Notes: a model not told the origin generated them from the letters alone. A stretch of DNA of 57,413 nucleotides from Candidatus Ancaeobacter aquaticus (GCA_030765405.1 JAVCCP010000054.1:1-57413); one strand, 5' to 3'. Shown: positions 37,521 to 47,373, numbered from the stretch's first letter. Made by a program: numbers and translations.

Positions 37521-38981
37521 ATGAATCGTGAAACATTACTCTATGAAATAGGGTCAAAAGGAAGAACAGGATATTCTTTGCCTGAATTTACCTATGACAA
37601 AAAAATCGAAGAGATGGTGCCGCAATCGATGATTCGCAAAAGCACTCCAGAGCTTCCTGAAGTCTCCGAGCTTGATGTGGTGAGACATTTTACTAATCTA
37701 TCGCGTAAAAATTTTGGTGTTGATACACACTTTTATCCTCTTGGATCATGTACTATGAAATATAATCCAAAAGTAACAGAAGTTATTGCATCTTTACCTG
37801 GCTTGCAGCATGTACATCCGTATCAACCTGAAAAGACAACGCAAGGGATGCTAAAGATATATTATGAGATGGAACAGTATTTAAGTGAAATATGCGGGAT
37901 GGACGCGTTTACGTTACAGCCTGCAGCAGGTGCACATGGTGAATTTTTAGGAATGCTTCTTGCCAGCGCATACTTTAAGAGTAAAAAAGAAAAACGAACA
38001 AAAGTTATTATTCCTGATTCTGCACATGGGACAAATCCGTCCAGTGCGCACATTGCAGGTTTTGATGTTATCACTATAAAATCTAACGAAGCAGGTGAAG
38101 TCGATCCCAATGAGCTGAAAAAGGTCTTAAGTAATGATGTTGCCGCATTGATGATGACTAATCCAAATACGTTAGGACTTTTTGAGAGAAAGGTGAGTGA
38201 AATAGCGGATTTAGTTCATTCACATGGCGCGCTTTTATATTACGATGGTGCAAACCTTAACCCTCTTATGGGAATAACAAATCCGGGGCTTATGGGATTT
38301 GATATTGTGCATGTTAACCTACATAAGACGTTTTCAACACCGCATGGTGGTGGAGGCCCCGGATCAGGGCCTGTCGGGGTAAAAAAATTCTTGGAACCGT
38401 TTTTACCTGTGCCCCGTGTCACGGTACGTGACGGGGTATATTCTCTCAAGTATAACATCCCGCAATCTATAGGGAGAATCAAAGCTTTTTATGGAAACAG
38501 CAGTGTTGTTGTTAAAGCATATGCATATATTAAAGCGTTAGGAGCTAAAGGCCTTAAAGATGTTGCACTCTATTCGATCCTGAATGCAAATTATATAAAG
38601 GAAAAACTAAAGGATACTTATTTTGTGCCCTATGAAAGAACCTGTATGCATGAATTTGTTTGTACGAGCAAAAAACAGCTTGAGAAAAATATTCATACAG
38701 TAGATATCGCAAAAGCGCTCATTGACAGGGGAATACACCCACCAACAATCTATTTCCCCTTGATCGTTCCTGAAGCTATGATGATTGAGCCAACTGAAAC
38801 TGAAAGTAAAGAAACGCTTGATACGTTTATTGCCGTTATGAAAGAAATAGATGAGTGTGTAAAGAGTGATCCTGAATCAATTAAAAATGCTCCAACAACA
38901 ACGCCTGTTGGTCGACTTGACGAAGTAAAAGCTGCTCGTGAGCCAAATCTGTGTTATGGTGTTAATAGAAAGTATTCGTAG
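37521..38981 (+). CDS. gcvPB: Glycine decarboxylase subunit 2
   Basis: YPLGSCTMKYNP, SAHGTNP, NLHKTFSTPHGGGGPG PLP-Lys, MIEPTETE. Confidence 0.95.
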   Translation: MNRETLLYEIGSKGRTGYSLPEFTYDKKIEEMVPQSMIRKSTPELPEVSELDVVRHFTNLSRKNFGVDTHFYPLGSCTMKYNPKVTEVIASLPGLQHVHPYQPEKTTQGMLKIYYEMEQYLSEICGMDAFTLQPAAGAHGEFLGMLLASAYFKSKKEKRTKVIIPDSAHGTNPSSAHIAGFDVITIKSNEAGEVDPNELKKVLSNDVAALMMTNPNTLGLFERKVSEIADLVHSHGALLYYDGANLNPLMGITNPGLMGFDIVHVNLHKTFSTPHGGGGPGSGPVGVKKFLEPFLPVPRVTVRDGVYSLKYNIPQSIGRIKAFYGNSSVVVKAYAYIKALGAKGLKDVALYSILNANYIKEKLKDTYFVPYERTCMHEFVCTSKKQLEKNIHTVDIAKALIDRGIHPPTIYFPLIVPEAMMIEPTETESKETLDTFIAVMKEIDECVKSDPESIKNAPTTTPVGRLDEVKAAREPNLCYGVNRKYS

Positions 38982-38987
38982 ATAAGT

Positions 38988-39656
38988 ATGAAACAGATCA
39001 AAAAAGCTAAATTTTCTTTTCAATTTTGTTCTCGACTGATTATTCGTGAATTAACCGGTATTAAAGCGCATAATCTTGATGAACTCTTAAGTCATGTTAA
39101 GACAGTACCAGGCGCTGTTATCTATCACCACACACATCATTTTTTGCAGCTCCATCAGTATTTAGTCCCTGAACCTCCCAATGATTTTGCTTATTGGGTT
39201 GATACCTCTTTAGGGTACCATGATTTGAGTGAACGGTTAGCAAGCATTAATACCTGTGATTATAGAACGATACGTGATTTACGTGAACGCATTATCGCAG
39301 TTTTAGAGAAGTTTATATCTGAAGGTAAGGCGTCTCGTGAGTCGAATGTCGGTGAAGAGTTTTATTTTATCAAGTCAGTAAGTATTGCTTTTAATACACC
39401 ATACGAAGTACGGACTTTAGAAGAGTTTCTCGATGTTTTAAAAAGAATATCTATTGATGCGATATATTATCATATGTTTGAAGCGCCACTCAGATTAGAA
39501 AAAGAAGGCAACGATTTTTCCATGTGGATACGTGAACAATTAGATATGGGAGAACTTGCCGATAAAATTGATTGTCTTGATCCCTATACCCATACAATGG
39601 AAGGGTTGCGGAACAAGCTTGTACGTGTAGTAGAAGATTACCTATTTAAGGTGTGA
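38988..39656 (+). CDS. DUF5752 family protein
   Basis: Two similar halves (IYHH...NDFAYWV and IYYH...NDFSMWI); directly before treT. Confidence 0.75.
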   Translation: MKQIKKAKFSFQFCSRLIIRELTGIKAHNLDELLSHVKTVPGAVIYHHTHHFLQLHQYLVPEPPNDFAYWVDTSLGYHDLSERLASINTCDYRTIRDLRERIIAVLEKFISEGKASRESNVGEEFYFIKSVSIAFNTPYEVRTLEEFLDVLKRISIDAIYYHMFEAPLRLEKEGNDFSMWIREQLDMGELADKIDCLDPYTHTMEGLRNKLVRVVEDYLFKV

Positions 39657-40882
39657 TTATGTCTATAACATTAAAAGATTATGAACCAATTGTTGGAAAA
39701 CATCTTGTAGATGAGCTGAAGATGCTTTCCCAACATCTTTCAGGAAAAGTTATCCAAAATGTTAATTCGACTGCGGTTGGTGGCGGTGTCGCGGAAATAT
39801 TAAACAGAATTATACCTCTTTTGCAGGAATTAAATGTTGATGCACGTTGGGATGTTATTAAAGGCGGTGAAGAGTTTTATAACGTAACAAAGAAATTTCA
39901 TAATGCACTACATGGTAGGAAAGAGATTATCACCAAAGAAATGTATGAGACGTTCATTCAAACAGGCGAAGAAAATCTTAAGTCAATGGATGTGTATGGT
40001 GATATTGTTTTTATACATGATCCGCAGCCCATAATGCTCGTGAAGAAAAAAGCTTCTATGAACAGTAAGTGGATATGGCGATGTCATATTGACATATCTC
40101 ATCCTGATAAGGACGTATTTGCTTTTCTGAAACCTTATATTGATCAGTATGATTCATCGGTCTTTTCTGCCCCGAGTTTTTCTCGTGATCTTAAAATACG
40201 ACAGTTTATGATATCTCCTTCAATTGATCCTTTAAGTCATAAAAATATGGATTTAACTCCGGAGATAATTCATGAGGTGTTAGAGAAATATGGCATTGAT
40301 AGTGATGTACCAATGGTGACGCAGGTTTCCCGGTTTGATTATCTTAAAGATCCTGTAGGCGTAATAGAAGCGTTTAAATTGGTAAGAAAAAATATTAAAT
40401 GTCAGCTTGTTCTTGCAGGCGGCACGGCAACAGATGATCCTGAATCAGGTAAAGTTCTTGCAGAAGTGCAGGAACGTGCTGAAGGAAACCCTGATATACA
40501 TGTGCTATTGATTCCTCCCGGGAGCGATATTGAGATCAATGCGTTGCAGCGAGCATCGAGTGTTGTTGTGCAAAAATCAATTCGTGAAGGATTTGGATTA
40601 ACGGTAACAGAGGCGTTATGGAAGGGGAGGCCTGTTGTGGCCTCATGTGTTGGCGGTATTCCTTTACAGATAAAGCACAAGTATAGCGGACTCTTGTGTC
40701 GATCGGTAGAGGGTGCAGCATTCATGATAAAACAGCTTCTTAATTCACCTGAGTATGCAAATAAACTTGGTGAGAACGCAAAAGAGCATGTCAGACAAAA
40801 CTTTTTACTCACACGTCATTTGCGTGATTATCTCCTTCTTTTCCTTACGTTGTATCATCCAGAAGACGTTATTCATATATAA
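39653..40882 (+). CDS. treT: Trehalose glycosyl-transferring synthase (GT4)
   Basis: NSTAVGGGVAEIL, HNALHG, IHDPQP, WRCHID, PSIDP, SRFDYLKDP, REGFGLTVTEALWK. Confidence 0.85.
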   Translation: MIMSITLKDYEPIVGKHLVDELKMLSQHLSGKVIQNVNSTAVGGGVAEILNRIIPLLQELNVDARWDVIKGGEEFYNVTKKFHNALHGRKEIITKEMYETFIQTGEENLKSMDVYGDIVFIHDPQPIMLVKKKASMNSKWIWRCHIDISHPDKDVFAFLKPYIDQYDSSVFSAPSFSRDLKIRQFMISPSIDPLSHKNMDLTPEIIHEVLEKYGIDSDVPMVTQVSRFDYLKDPVGVIEAFKLVRKNIKCQLVLAGGTATDDPESGKVLAEVQERAEGNPDIHVLLIPPGSDIEINALQRASSVVVQKSIREGFGLTVTEALWKGRPVVASCVGGIPLQIKHKYSGLLCRSVEGAAFMIKQLLNSPEYANKLGENAKEHVRQNFLLTRHLRDYLLLFLTLYHPEDVIHI

Positions 40883-40887
40883 ATCCT

Positions 40888-41691
40888 ATGATTTTTTCAA
40901 AAAACATTCTTATTAGTGGCCCACTAGATGCATATCATAATATGGCATATGATGAGGTGCTTCTTCGTGCATGTATAAAAGGTAAGGCCGCTGTTCCTGT
41001 ATTGAGATTCTATGACTGGAAAATGAGGGCTCTCTCAATAGGTTATTTTCAACGTGTGCAGGTAGCATTAGATTATGCTCGTGCCAATGGAGTAGATTTT
41101 GAGATAGCAAGAAGAATGACCGGTGGCGGCATTGTTCTTCATGGGAACGATATTACATTCAGTCTGGTAGTAAAAGATACTGTTTTAAACGGATTGTCCT
41201 CATTGAATAAAAGCAGTATTGTGGATAGTTATTATTATGTTAATAATGCCATAAAAAAGGGAATAGATATTCTGCTTGGTAAAAGCGATAGCCCGGATAT
41301 GTCGCTAGAAACAAAACAAGCGTCTTCAAAAGATACAAAGTTTTGTTTTAATGAGCCAACAAAACACGATGTTCTTTATTCTGGCAAAAAGATTGCGGGT
41401 GGCGCACAGCGCAGAATTGACGGGTATGTTATGTATCAGGGATCAATTTTGTTTCGGCAGGAGATAGATATAGGAAAAGACAAAAGGTTTACTGATAGTT
41501 CGATAACTCTCCATGATGTATGTGGCAGAGATCTGACAAAAGATGCTGCATGCATTGCTTTGCAACAAGGCTTTACTTTAGTATTTGGTGATATTGAAAC
41601 GGATAGCATGATTGATCAACTGTTCATTGAATCAGTGGGTAAGTTGGCTATTGATAAGTATGCTACCCATGAATGGAACTATAAACGTTGA
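40888..41691 (+). CDS. Lipoate-protein ligase / octanoyltransferase (LipM/LplA family)
   Basis: NMAYDE, LRFYDW, RRMTGGGIVLH, KKIAGGAQRR; downstream of gcv genes. Confidence 0.85.
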   Translation: MIFSKNILISGPLDAYHNMAYDEVLLRACIKGKAAVPVLRFYDWKMRALSIGYFQRVQVALDYARANGVDFEIARRMTGGGIVLHGNDITFSLVVKDTVLNGLSSLNKSSIVDSYYYVNNAIKKGIDILLGKSDSPDMSLETKQASSKDTKFCFNEPTKHDVLYSGKKIAGGAQRRIDGYVMYQGSILFRQEIDIGKDKRFTDSSITLHDVCGRDLTKDAACIALQQGFTLVFGDIETDSMIDQLFIESVGKLAIDKYATHEWNYKR

Positions 41692-41720
41692 TAAAAAAGG
41701 GGACTGTCCCCTTTTTTATC
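41690..41720. terminator. Perfect 31-bp palindrome with GGGGACTGTCCCC core, bidirectional terminator
   Basis: GATAAAAAAGGGGAC-T-GTCCCCTTTTTTATC between convergent stops. Confidence 0.75.
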
Positions 41721-43020
41721 ATTTCGCAATTCCTAAAATTAGTTTTTGGGCGTGAGGTTTTTTCTTTTCAATCTGTATTGAAAAACTAATTCGTTCAAGT
41801 GCTTCTATAATACATTCCTTCTTATCAGTATGAATCTCACAAAGCGTGTCGCCTTTTTTTACGGAATCACCGATCTTTTTATGAAATACAATGCCTGCAG
41901 AAGAATCTATTTTGTCAGTTAGTTTCAATCTTCCTGCCCCAAGGATGTTTGCAATCATGCCGATTTCATATGTATTTATATTGGTAATGTATCCCTTAGA
42001 GATGCTTTTACATTTTTTTATGTATCGTGGTTTTTTGAACGAGTATGGATGTGCAATTTGTTTAACATTACCACCTTGTGATTTAACAATTTCTATAAAC
42101 TTTCTATATGCGCATCCGTTTCGTAGATGTGTTTCGGCGACGGTGTACGCTTCAGTAAAAGTATGCGCTTTTTTGCCTAAAAGCAGCATGTGGGCAGTAA
42201 TAGTAAGGCTCAGTTTTGTTACATCATCCGGGCCTTTGCATTGTAATGTATCAAGTGCCTCTTTTACTTCAAGTGCGTTTCCGACGGTGTGCCCAAGCGG
42301 TTGATTCATATCCGTTATGAGTGCAACAGTTTTTTTACCCATAACTTTTGAAATGGATACAATAGTTTTTGCTAGAAGACGGGCATCTTTATGAGATTTC
42401 ATAAATGCACCGTTACCTGTTTTTACGTCCATGAGGAGCGCATCAGTTCCTTCAGCAAATTTCTTCGAGATAATGCTGGCCGCAATGAGCGGTATTGATT
42501 CTACCGTGCCGGTAACGTCTCGCAGTGCATATATCTTTTTATCGGCAGGAGCACAGTCGCCAGATGTGCCGATCATTACGGCACCTATTTTTTGTAATTG
42601 TTTAATGATCTGTTTCTCGGTAAGAAACATCTTAAACCCTTTAATTGATTCCAATTTATCATGTGTTCCTCCGGTATGGCCAAGCGCTCTTCCAAACATT
42701 GTGGGAACAGTAAGTCCAGCGCTTGCGGCAAGGGGGATAACGATAAGCGTTATCTTGTCTCCGACACCTCCTGTCGAATGTTTGTCAATGGTATATCCAG
42801 CAGACTCAAGATCAAGCGTTTTTCCTGAATATATCATGGCAAATGAAAGATCAGCGGTTTCACGAATACTCATACCGTTGGCATAAATTGCCATAAGAAA
42901 ACTTGAGAATTGGTAATCGGGAATTTTGCTTTTTGTGTAACCATCGACCATGAAATTTATTTCGTCTCTGGTTAGTTCGTGCTTATCACGTTTTTTGATT
43001 ATGATTTCAATTGGATTCAT
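41719..43020 (-). CDS. pdp: Pyrimidine-nucleoside / thymidine phosphorylase
   Basis: IDKHSTGGVGDK, GRALGHTGGTHDKLESI, ADKKIYALRDVTGTV, DVKTGNGAFMK. Confidence 0.93.
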   Translation of the reverse strand: MNPIEIIIKKRDKHELTRDEINFMVDGYTKSKIPDYQFSSFLMAIYANGMSIRETADLSFAMIYSGKTLDLESAGYTIDKHSTGGVGDKITLIVIPLAASAGLTVPTMFGRALGHTGGTHDKLESIKGFKMFLTEKQIIKQLQKIGAVMIGTSGDCAPADKKIYALRDVTGTVESIPLIAASIISKKFAEGTDALLMDVKTGNGAFMKSHKDARLLAKTIVSISKVMGKKTVALITDMNQPLGHTVGNALEVKEALDTLQCKGPDDVTKLSLTITAHMLLLGKKAHTFTEAYTVAETHLRNGCAYRKFIEIVKSQGGNVKQIAHPYSFKKPRYIKKCKSISKGYITNINTYEIGMIANILGAGRLKLTDKIDSSAGIVFHKKIGDSVKKGDTLCEIHTDKKECIIEALERISFSIQIEKKKPHAQKLILGIAK

Positions 43021-43023
43021 TTT

Positions 43024-43051
43024 TAAGCTATAAGCTTTAAGTTGTAAGTTT
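43024..43051. repeat. 7-bp tandem units TAAGCTA immediately before the pdp start (minus strand)
   Basis: taagcta taagctt taagttg taagttt. Confidence 0.7.
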
Positions 43052-44153
43052 AGTTGCTGAATACTTTATTATATACGTTGAGTGTTTTATGAATAGTTTT
43101 ATCTATAGAAAATTTATCAAATATTGTGCTCGGGGCATTGCTTTCTATCATGTTCTTGAACGTAGTGTCATTCAGGAGGGTATCTATCGCTGTAGCAAGT
43201 TCTGGGATCGAATCTGGTGGGACCAAAAGACCGTTGTGTTTGTCATGGATTATATCCGTTATGCCGCCAATGCGTGAAGCAACTACCGCTTTACCCATTG
43301 CCATTGCTTCAAGAAGCGCAAGGCCGAATCCTTCCATGAGTGATGGCATGACAAAAATGTCGGTGACACCAAGAGGTATACGGGTATCCGGCTCTGAGGC
43401 CTTAAAATGGACTATATCGTCTATCTGAAGATCATTTGCTAGGGTCATAAGCTCACCTTGTATGCGCCCTTCTCCCACAATAAGAACTTCAATATTTTTG
43501 TTATGTTCATATAGCTGGGCACAGGCATTAAGGAGGTGAGGGTGTCCTTTTATCTCTGATAAACGTCCTATTATTCCAATTACCTGGGAGTTTTCTTTTA
43601 ACCCATAAGAACGTCTTATATTTTGTAACTCTTCTTGAGTATAGGTGTTTTTAAAGTGATCAAAGTCAATACCGTTATGAATGAGTGCGATTCTTTCAGG
43701 TGATACCATGAGATCTTGAATAAGATATTCTCTCACTGATTGGCTTATCGCGATAACGCGTTCTCCCATAAAAGGAAAAAGGCGACGAATGAAGATGTGT
43801 TTAAAAAAACCATGATACGTTGAAACATGTTTTGTTCCGGTGAGATAGGTGGTGATTCCTGCAAGGACATGTGTTACGCGGGTATGTGTGTGTACAATAT
43901 CAATATTATTTTGTCTAATAAATCGGAGAAGAGAAGGAATTGCAAAGATTACTTTTGGTCCAAACTCTTGTTTTGTCCTGATCTTAAACTCGCATGTGGT
44001 AATTCCAGCGTCCTGTAATGTTTGGAGTACCTTCCCTCCGCTTGATCCAACATAGACGGTATGTCCCTTCTTTTTTAATCCTTTTGCAAGTGAAAGAACG
44101 TAGCTTGTGATACCGCCAATATCAACATGAGTTGTAAGAATAAGTATATTCAT
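43050..44153 (-). CDS. GT4 glycosyltransferase
   Basis: GGITSYV, HTHTR, IHNGID, GRLSEIKGH, SLMEGFGLALLEAMA. Confidence 0.9.
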   Translation of the reverse strand: MNILILTTHVDIGGITSYVLSLAKGLKKKGHTVYVGSSGGKVLQTLQDAGITTCEFKIRTKQEFGPKVIFAIPSLLRFIRQNNIDIVHTHTRVTHVLAGITTYLTGTKHVSTYHGFFKHIFIRRLFPFMGERVIAISQSVREYLIQDLMVSPERIALIHNGIDFDHFKNTYTQEELQNIRRSYGLKENSQVIGIIGRLSEIKGHPHLLNACAQLYEHNKNIEVLIVGEGRIQGELMTLANDLQIDDIVHFKASEPDTRIPLGVTDIFVMPSLMEGFGLALLEAMAMGKAVVASRIGGITDIIHDKHNGLLVPPDSIPELATAIDTLLNDTTFKNMIESNAPSTIFDKFSIDKTIHKTLNVYNKVFSN

Positions 44154-44160
44154 TAAAGAG

Positions 44161-44195
44161 ACCAGAGACCAGAGACTAGAGACCAGAGACTAAAA
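44161..44195. repeat. 7-bp tandem units ACCAGAG before the GT4 start (minus strand)
   Basis: accagag accagag actagag accagag actaaaa. Confidence 0.8.
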
Positions 44196-44240
44196 AAGTA
44201 TGTCGGTGATTTCTTATCTGCTTGGTCGTTATTAAAATTA

Positions 44241-44269
44241 TTGACAAAATCTATATACATTTATACTAT
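44241..44269 (+). promoter_or_regulatory. Sigma70-type promoter of tRNA-Val
   Basis: TTGACA-17bp-TACTAT. Confidence 0.65.
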
Positions 44270-44290
44270 CTAACACTTCCTTGATCATAC

Positions 44291-44318
44291 AGCTTATAGC
44301 TTACGGCTTAAAGCTTAT
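44291..44318. repeat. 7-bp tandem units AGCTTAT in the tRNA-Val leader
   Basis: agcttat agcttac ggcttaa agcttat. Confidence 0.7.
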
Positions 44319-44320
44319 TC

Positions 44321-44396
44321 GGGCGGTTAGCTCAGTTGGTAGAGCATATGCCTTACAAGCATGGGGTCACAAGTTCAAGTCTTGTACCGCCCACCA
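44321..44396 (+). tRNA. tRNA-Val(TAC)
   Basis: Cloverleaf: acceptor GGGCGGT/ACCGCCC, anticodon arm TATGC-CT TAC AA-GCATG, T-loop TTCAAGT, encoded CCA. Confidence 0.96.
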
Positions 44397-44400
44397 TATT

Positions 44401-44441
44401 AAAAAAGGGACAGCTCTTCATAAGGGGACTGTCTCTTTTTT
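44401..44441. terminator. GGGACAG/CTGTC hairpin terminator after tRNA-Val
   Basis: AAAAAAGGGACAGCTCTT-CAT-AAGGGGACTGTCTCTTTTTT. Confidence 0.7.
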
Positions 44442-44443
44442 TG

Positions 44444-45229
44444 TTAGTTTGTTTCTAGTCTGTTGTCTTTTGTCTGAGTCTGTTTCATTTCCCAGTATTT
44501 AACATACGTCTGAAATTGATAGAATCCCCCAAAATATGCGAGGATAAAGCCGTAAAAACCGTCCTTATATCCTTTTTTACGTAGATATGCTCTCAGGAAC
44601 CTGTCGATAGATTTTCTGATTGCTTTTCCAAAACCTATTTTTCTTTTATCGTTACACCATTTACGGGCCTCAAGTGTTGTTTGTGAATTTTGTTTTTGAA
44701 CAAAATCGTGAATATCTATATACGAGTAGTGAATAATATCTTTTGTAAGGTGTCCACAGGTACCGTCCATAAATGCCCGTGGATGTACCTCGGATTCCTC
44801 ATATTTAAATTCATCCCGCTTGAATATGCGTACTTTGCTTGCAGGATACCAGCCACCATGTTGTATCCAATAATCTCCAATATAGGTTTTAAATGGTATG
44901 GTAAAACCGTTATGAGAAATAGGGGCTGCAAAAGTTTCTTTTATTTCCTGGGCAAGTTCGGGTGTTACCCGTTCATCACAATCAAGGCTCATTACCCATT
45001 CGTTTTTTGTCTGCGAATAGCCGAAATTTCTGTGACGACCTTCAATATCAAGTTTTCGCTGTATTATACGAGCTCCTAATTTTTCTGCAATAGCTGCGGT
45101 ATTATCAGTGCTGAAATCATCAAGTAAAATGACTTCATCGGTCCACGATACACTCTTTATACAATCTTCGATTTCTCGTTCTTCATTTTTTGCCATTATT
45201 ACTACACTTATCGGAAGTTTGTTTTCCAT
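44444..45229 (-). CDS. GT2 glycosyltransferase (LPS core, WaaE/KdtX-like)
   Basis: VIMAKNEE, DDFSTDNT, WVMSLDCDERV, GGWYP. Confidence 0.88.
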   Translation of the reverse strand: MENKLPISVVIMAKNEEREIEDCIKSVSWTDEVILLDDFSTDNTAAIAEKLGARIIQRKLDIEGRHRNFGYSQTKNEWVMSLDCDERVTPELAQEIKETFAAPISHNGFTIPFKTYIGDYWIQHGGWYPASKVRIFKRDEFKYEESEVHPRAFMDGTCGHLTKDIIHYSYIDIHDFVQKQNSQTTLEARKWCNDKRKIGFGKAIRKSIDRFLRAYLRKKGYKDGFYGFILAYFGGFYQFQTYVKYWEMKQTQTKDNRLETN

Positions 45230-45254
45230 AATAACTCCTTCGAGAGGGATGATT

Positions 45255-46400
45255 TTATGTATTATATTCTTTTTTTAAACTGATAACATCTTGTATATTG
45301 CTTACTTGTCTTATTCTACTTGATTGTGTAGTTGCTTTACCATTAAAAAAAATAGGGTAACGGACAAACAATGAACAGCGCGCAAGAAAATGAGCCATAG
45401 AGCTATCGTAGGTCAATATAAGATTGTATTTTTTCTTGCGGCGTTTCACTATTCTGAAAACTGTTTTTAACCAAAATAAAAAAGGAGTATATATGTATAC
45501 GTGTATATTGGTTGTTACGGGGAGATTTAGTGTCGCAAATAAATGATTTTTGTCTTTTATGTTTTTTGATGCAACTATTGCGTAAATATAGCATTCATTT
45601 TTTGCTAGTGTGCGTATATCTTGAAATAGATTCTTTAGTTCTTCTTGGTTCTCGCTTTGTTTCTGTGTGATTGGGAGCGCTATTCTCAGTGGTATGCCCC
45701 ATTTTTTGTAATAAATCCTTTGATTCTTTTTAAAAAGCGCATCACGGGCACTAAAATGATCGAGTGATTTGTGTTCATAGTGATATATGTATGCGCCATT
45801 TGCCTTTACACATTTGTATCCTGCTTCTTTTACTCTCATAGAATAATCAGAATCTTCAAAAAATGCCATGCCAAACAGTTCATCAAAATGACCGATTTTT
45901 TCGATAATTTCTCTTTTTATGAGCATTGCAAAACCGATACAGTTGGAAAATTCAGTATATTGGAGTTTTTGGTTTTGTATGCGCTGGGCACATTCTTGTA
46001 TAGTTTTATCTTTGTATGGAACAAGACCAAATGTATTACTTTCCGGGTTTAGGATCCCGATATCCGGTGATGACTGGGCAACGTCTATCATTGTCTCCAA
46101 ACAATTATTTGTGAAAAGTGTATCGTTGTTCAGTACGAGAACATAGGGGGCGGTTGATATTCCTAACCCTTGGTTTACCGCTTTAGGAAACCCGATATTT
46201 GTTGTATTCTCAATAGCGGTTATTTGGACATTCTCCTGAGGTATAAAACTTTTGATAACCGTTTTTGTTGCACTATTGCTTGCATTGTCAATTAAGATAA
46301 TATTTATGGGAATGTGTGTTGAATCAATAATAGAATGCACACATTCTTTGGTTAGTTCAGGTTGATTATATATAGGGATTATAATGTCGCACGATTTCAT
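45255..46400 (-). CDS. GT2 glycosyltransferase with C-terminal extension
   Basis: IIIPIYNQ, IDNAS, NIGFPKAVNQG, LNNDT, FFEDSDYS. Confidence 0.85.
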   Translation of the reverse strand: MKSCDIIIPIYNQPELTKECVHSIIDSTHIPINIILIDNASNSATKTVIKSFIPQENVQITAIENTTNIGFPKAVNQGLGISTAPYVLVLNNDTLFTNNCLETMIDVAQSSPDIGILNPESNTFGLVPYKDKTIQECAQRIQNQKLQYTEFSNCIGFAMLIKREIIEKIGHFDELFGMAFFEDSDYSMRVKEAGYKCVKANGAYIYHYEHKSLDHFSARDALFKKNQRIYYKKWGIPLRIALPITQKQSENQEELKNLFQDIRTLAKNECYIYAIVASKNIKDKNHLFATLNLPVTTNIHVYIYTPFLFWLKTVFRIVKRRKKKYNLILTYDSSMAHFLARCSLFVRYPIFFNGKATTQSSRIRQVSNIQDVISLKKEYNT

Positions 46401-47296
46401 AATATGAGTTTTTTGTATTTTTCTATAAGTCCGTTTTGCGCTATTGAAAGCATAGTGTTCATTCTGTCCCTGTAGGTATATTTGCCTACAGCAAGTTTAT
46501 GTCCCGCAAGGGCGATTTTTTCCCTTTCAGTATCGTGTGAGAGATAATAATCTATCAGGTCGAAAAGTTCTTCTGGTGTATTATAGATAATAATATTTTT
46601 TTTGTCCTCAAAAAGCTCGTTAAAACCATTATTATCTATAGCGTTAGTAATAAGTAATGTGCCGCAACTCATAACTTCAAACATACGCATATTAATATCG
46701 TTTTTGATCGAGTAGTTGAATCCGATCTTTGACGATGAATATATTTTTGACATTTTAGTGTGCTCGGCCCACCCTATAAAACTGTTTGGGTAACGGGTCT
46801 TAAGTTTCTCCAGAAGCATTTTTCGTAAACATTTTTTACCATCGGTACCGACAAAACCGATATCAAGATTTTTTTTGCAGTCTAATTTTTTATGTATAAC
46901 GGGGTCGCAGCCAAGAGGGACCCAAAAGGTATCTATTTTTTCGTGTCGAGCAAGTTTTTCTGCACCCTCTTTTTGAGCGCAAAAGACAAAGTCATAATGG
47001 TGTGATTGCTCACGTATTTTCTCATACGGGTGCTTAAGGTGGGTATCAATCGCTAGAAAGGCGCACGGACGGAGATGTTTGGGAATATCATACTTGTAGT
47101 CGCCATGATCTATCCGTAAATAGAAATCGTATTCCGGTTTGATCTTTTGGGCGTACTCAGTCCAAAAATGCTTTACCGTATGTCCTGATTGCCGAAGCGC
47201 TTTCTCAAAATAGTAACCGATTGTATCATCTCGGTCCTTATTATATATAATAGCTATTTTGAGGGCATTTTTATTGTTTTTAAGGAAATGAAACAT
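46397..47296 (-). CDS. CgeB/YkvP-like glycosyltransferase
   Basis: PLGCDP, DIGFVG, DINMRMFEVMSCGTLLIT, EREKIALAG. Confidence 0.75.
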   Translation of the reverse strand: MFHFLKNNKNALKIAIIYNKDRDDTIGYYFEKALRQSGHTVKHFWTEYAQKIKPEYDFYLRIDHGDYKYDIPKHLRPCAFLAIDTHLKHPYEKIREQSHHYDFVFCAQKEGAEKLARHEKIDTFWVPLGCDPVIHKKLDCKKNLDIGFVGTDGKKCLRKMLLEKLKTRYPNSFIGWAEHTKMSKIYSSSKIGFNYSIKNDINMRMFEVMSCGTLLITNAIDNNGFNELFEDKKNIIIYNTPEELFDLIDYYLSHDTEREKIALAGHKLAVGKYTYRDRMNTMLSIAQNGLIEKYKKLIL

Positions 47297-47373
47297 TTTT
47301 AAATCCTTGTTTGATAAGTTGTTATAAGATATAATAATTGCCTTATGTTGTCAATATAAAGGGGTTTAACTGT

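Noticed and set aside
37501..37535. Possible heptamer tract before gcvPB
   Set aside because: Shares GATACGAGA with the CG-core family, but the periodicity is too degenerate to call
44281..44502. 73-aa plus-strand ORF
   Set aside because: Runs through tRNA-Val, its heptamer leader and its terminator
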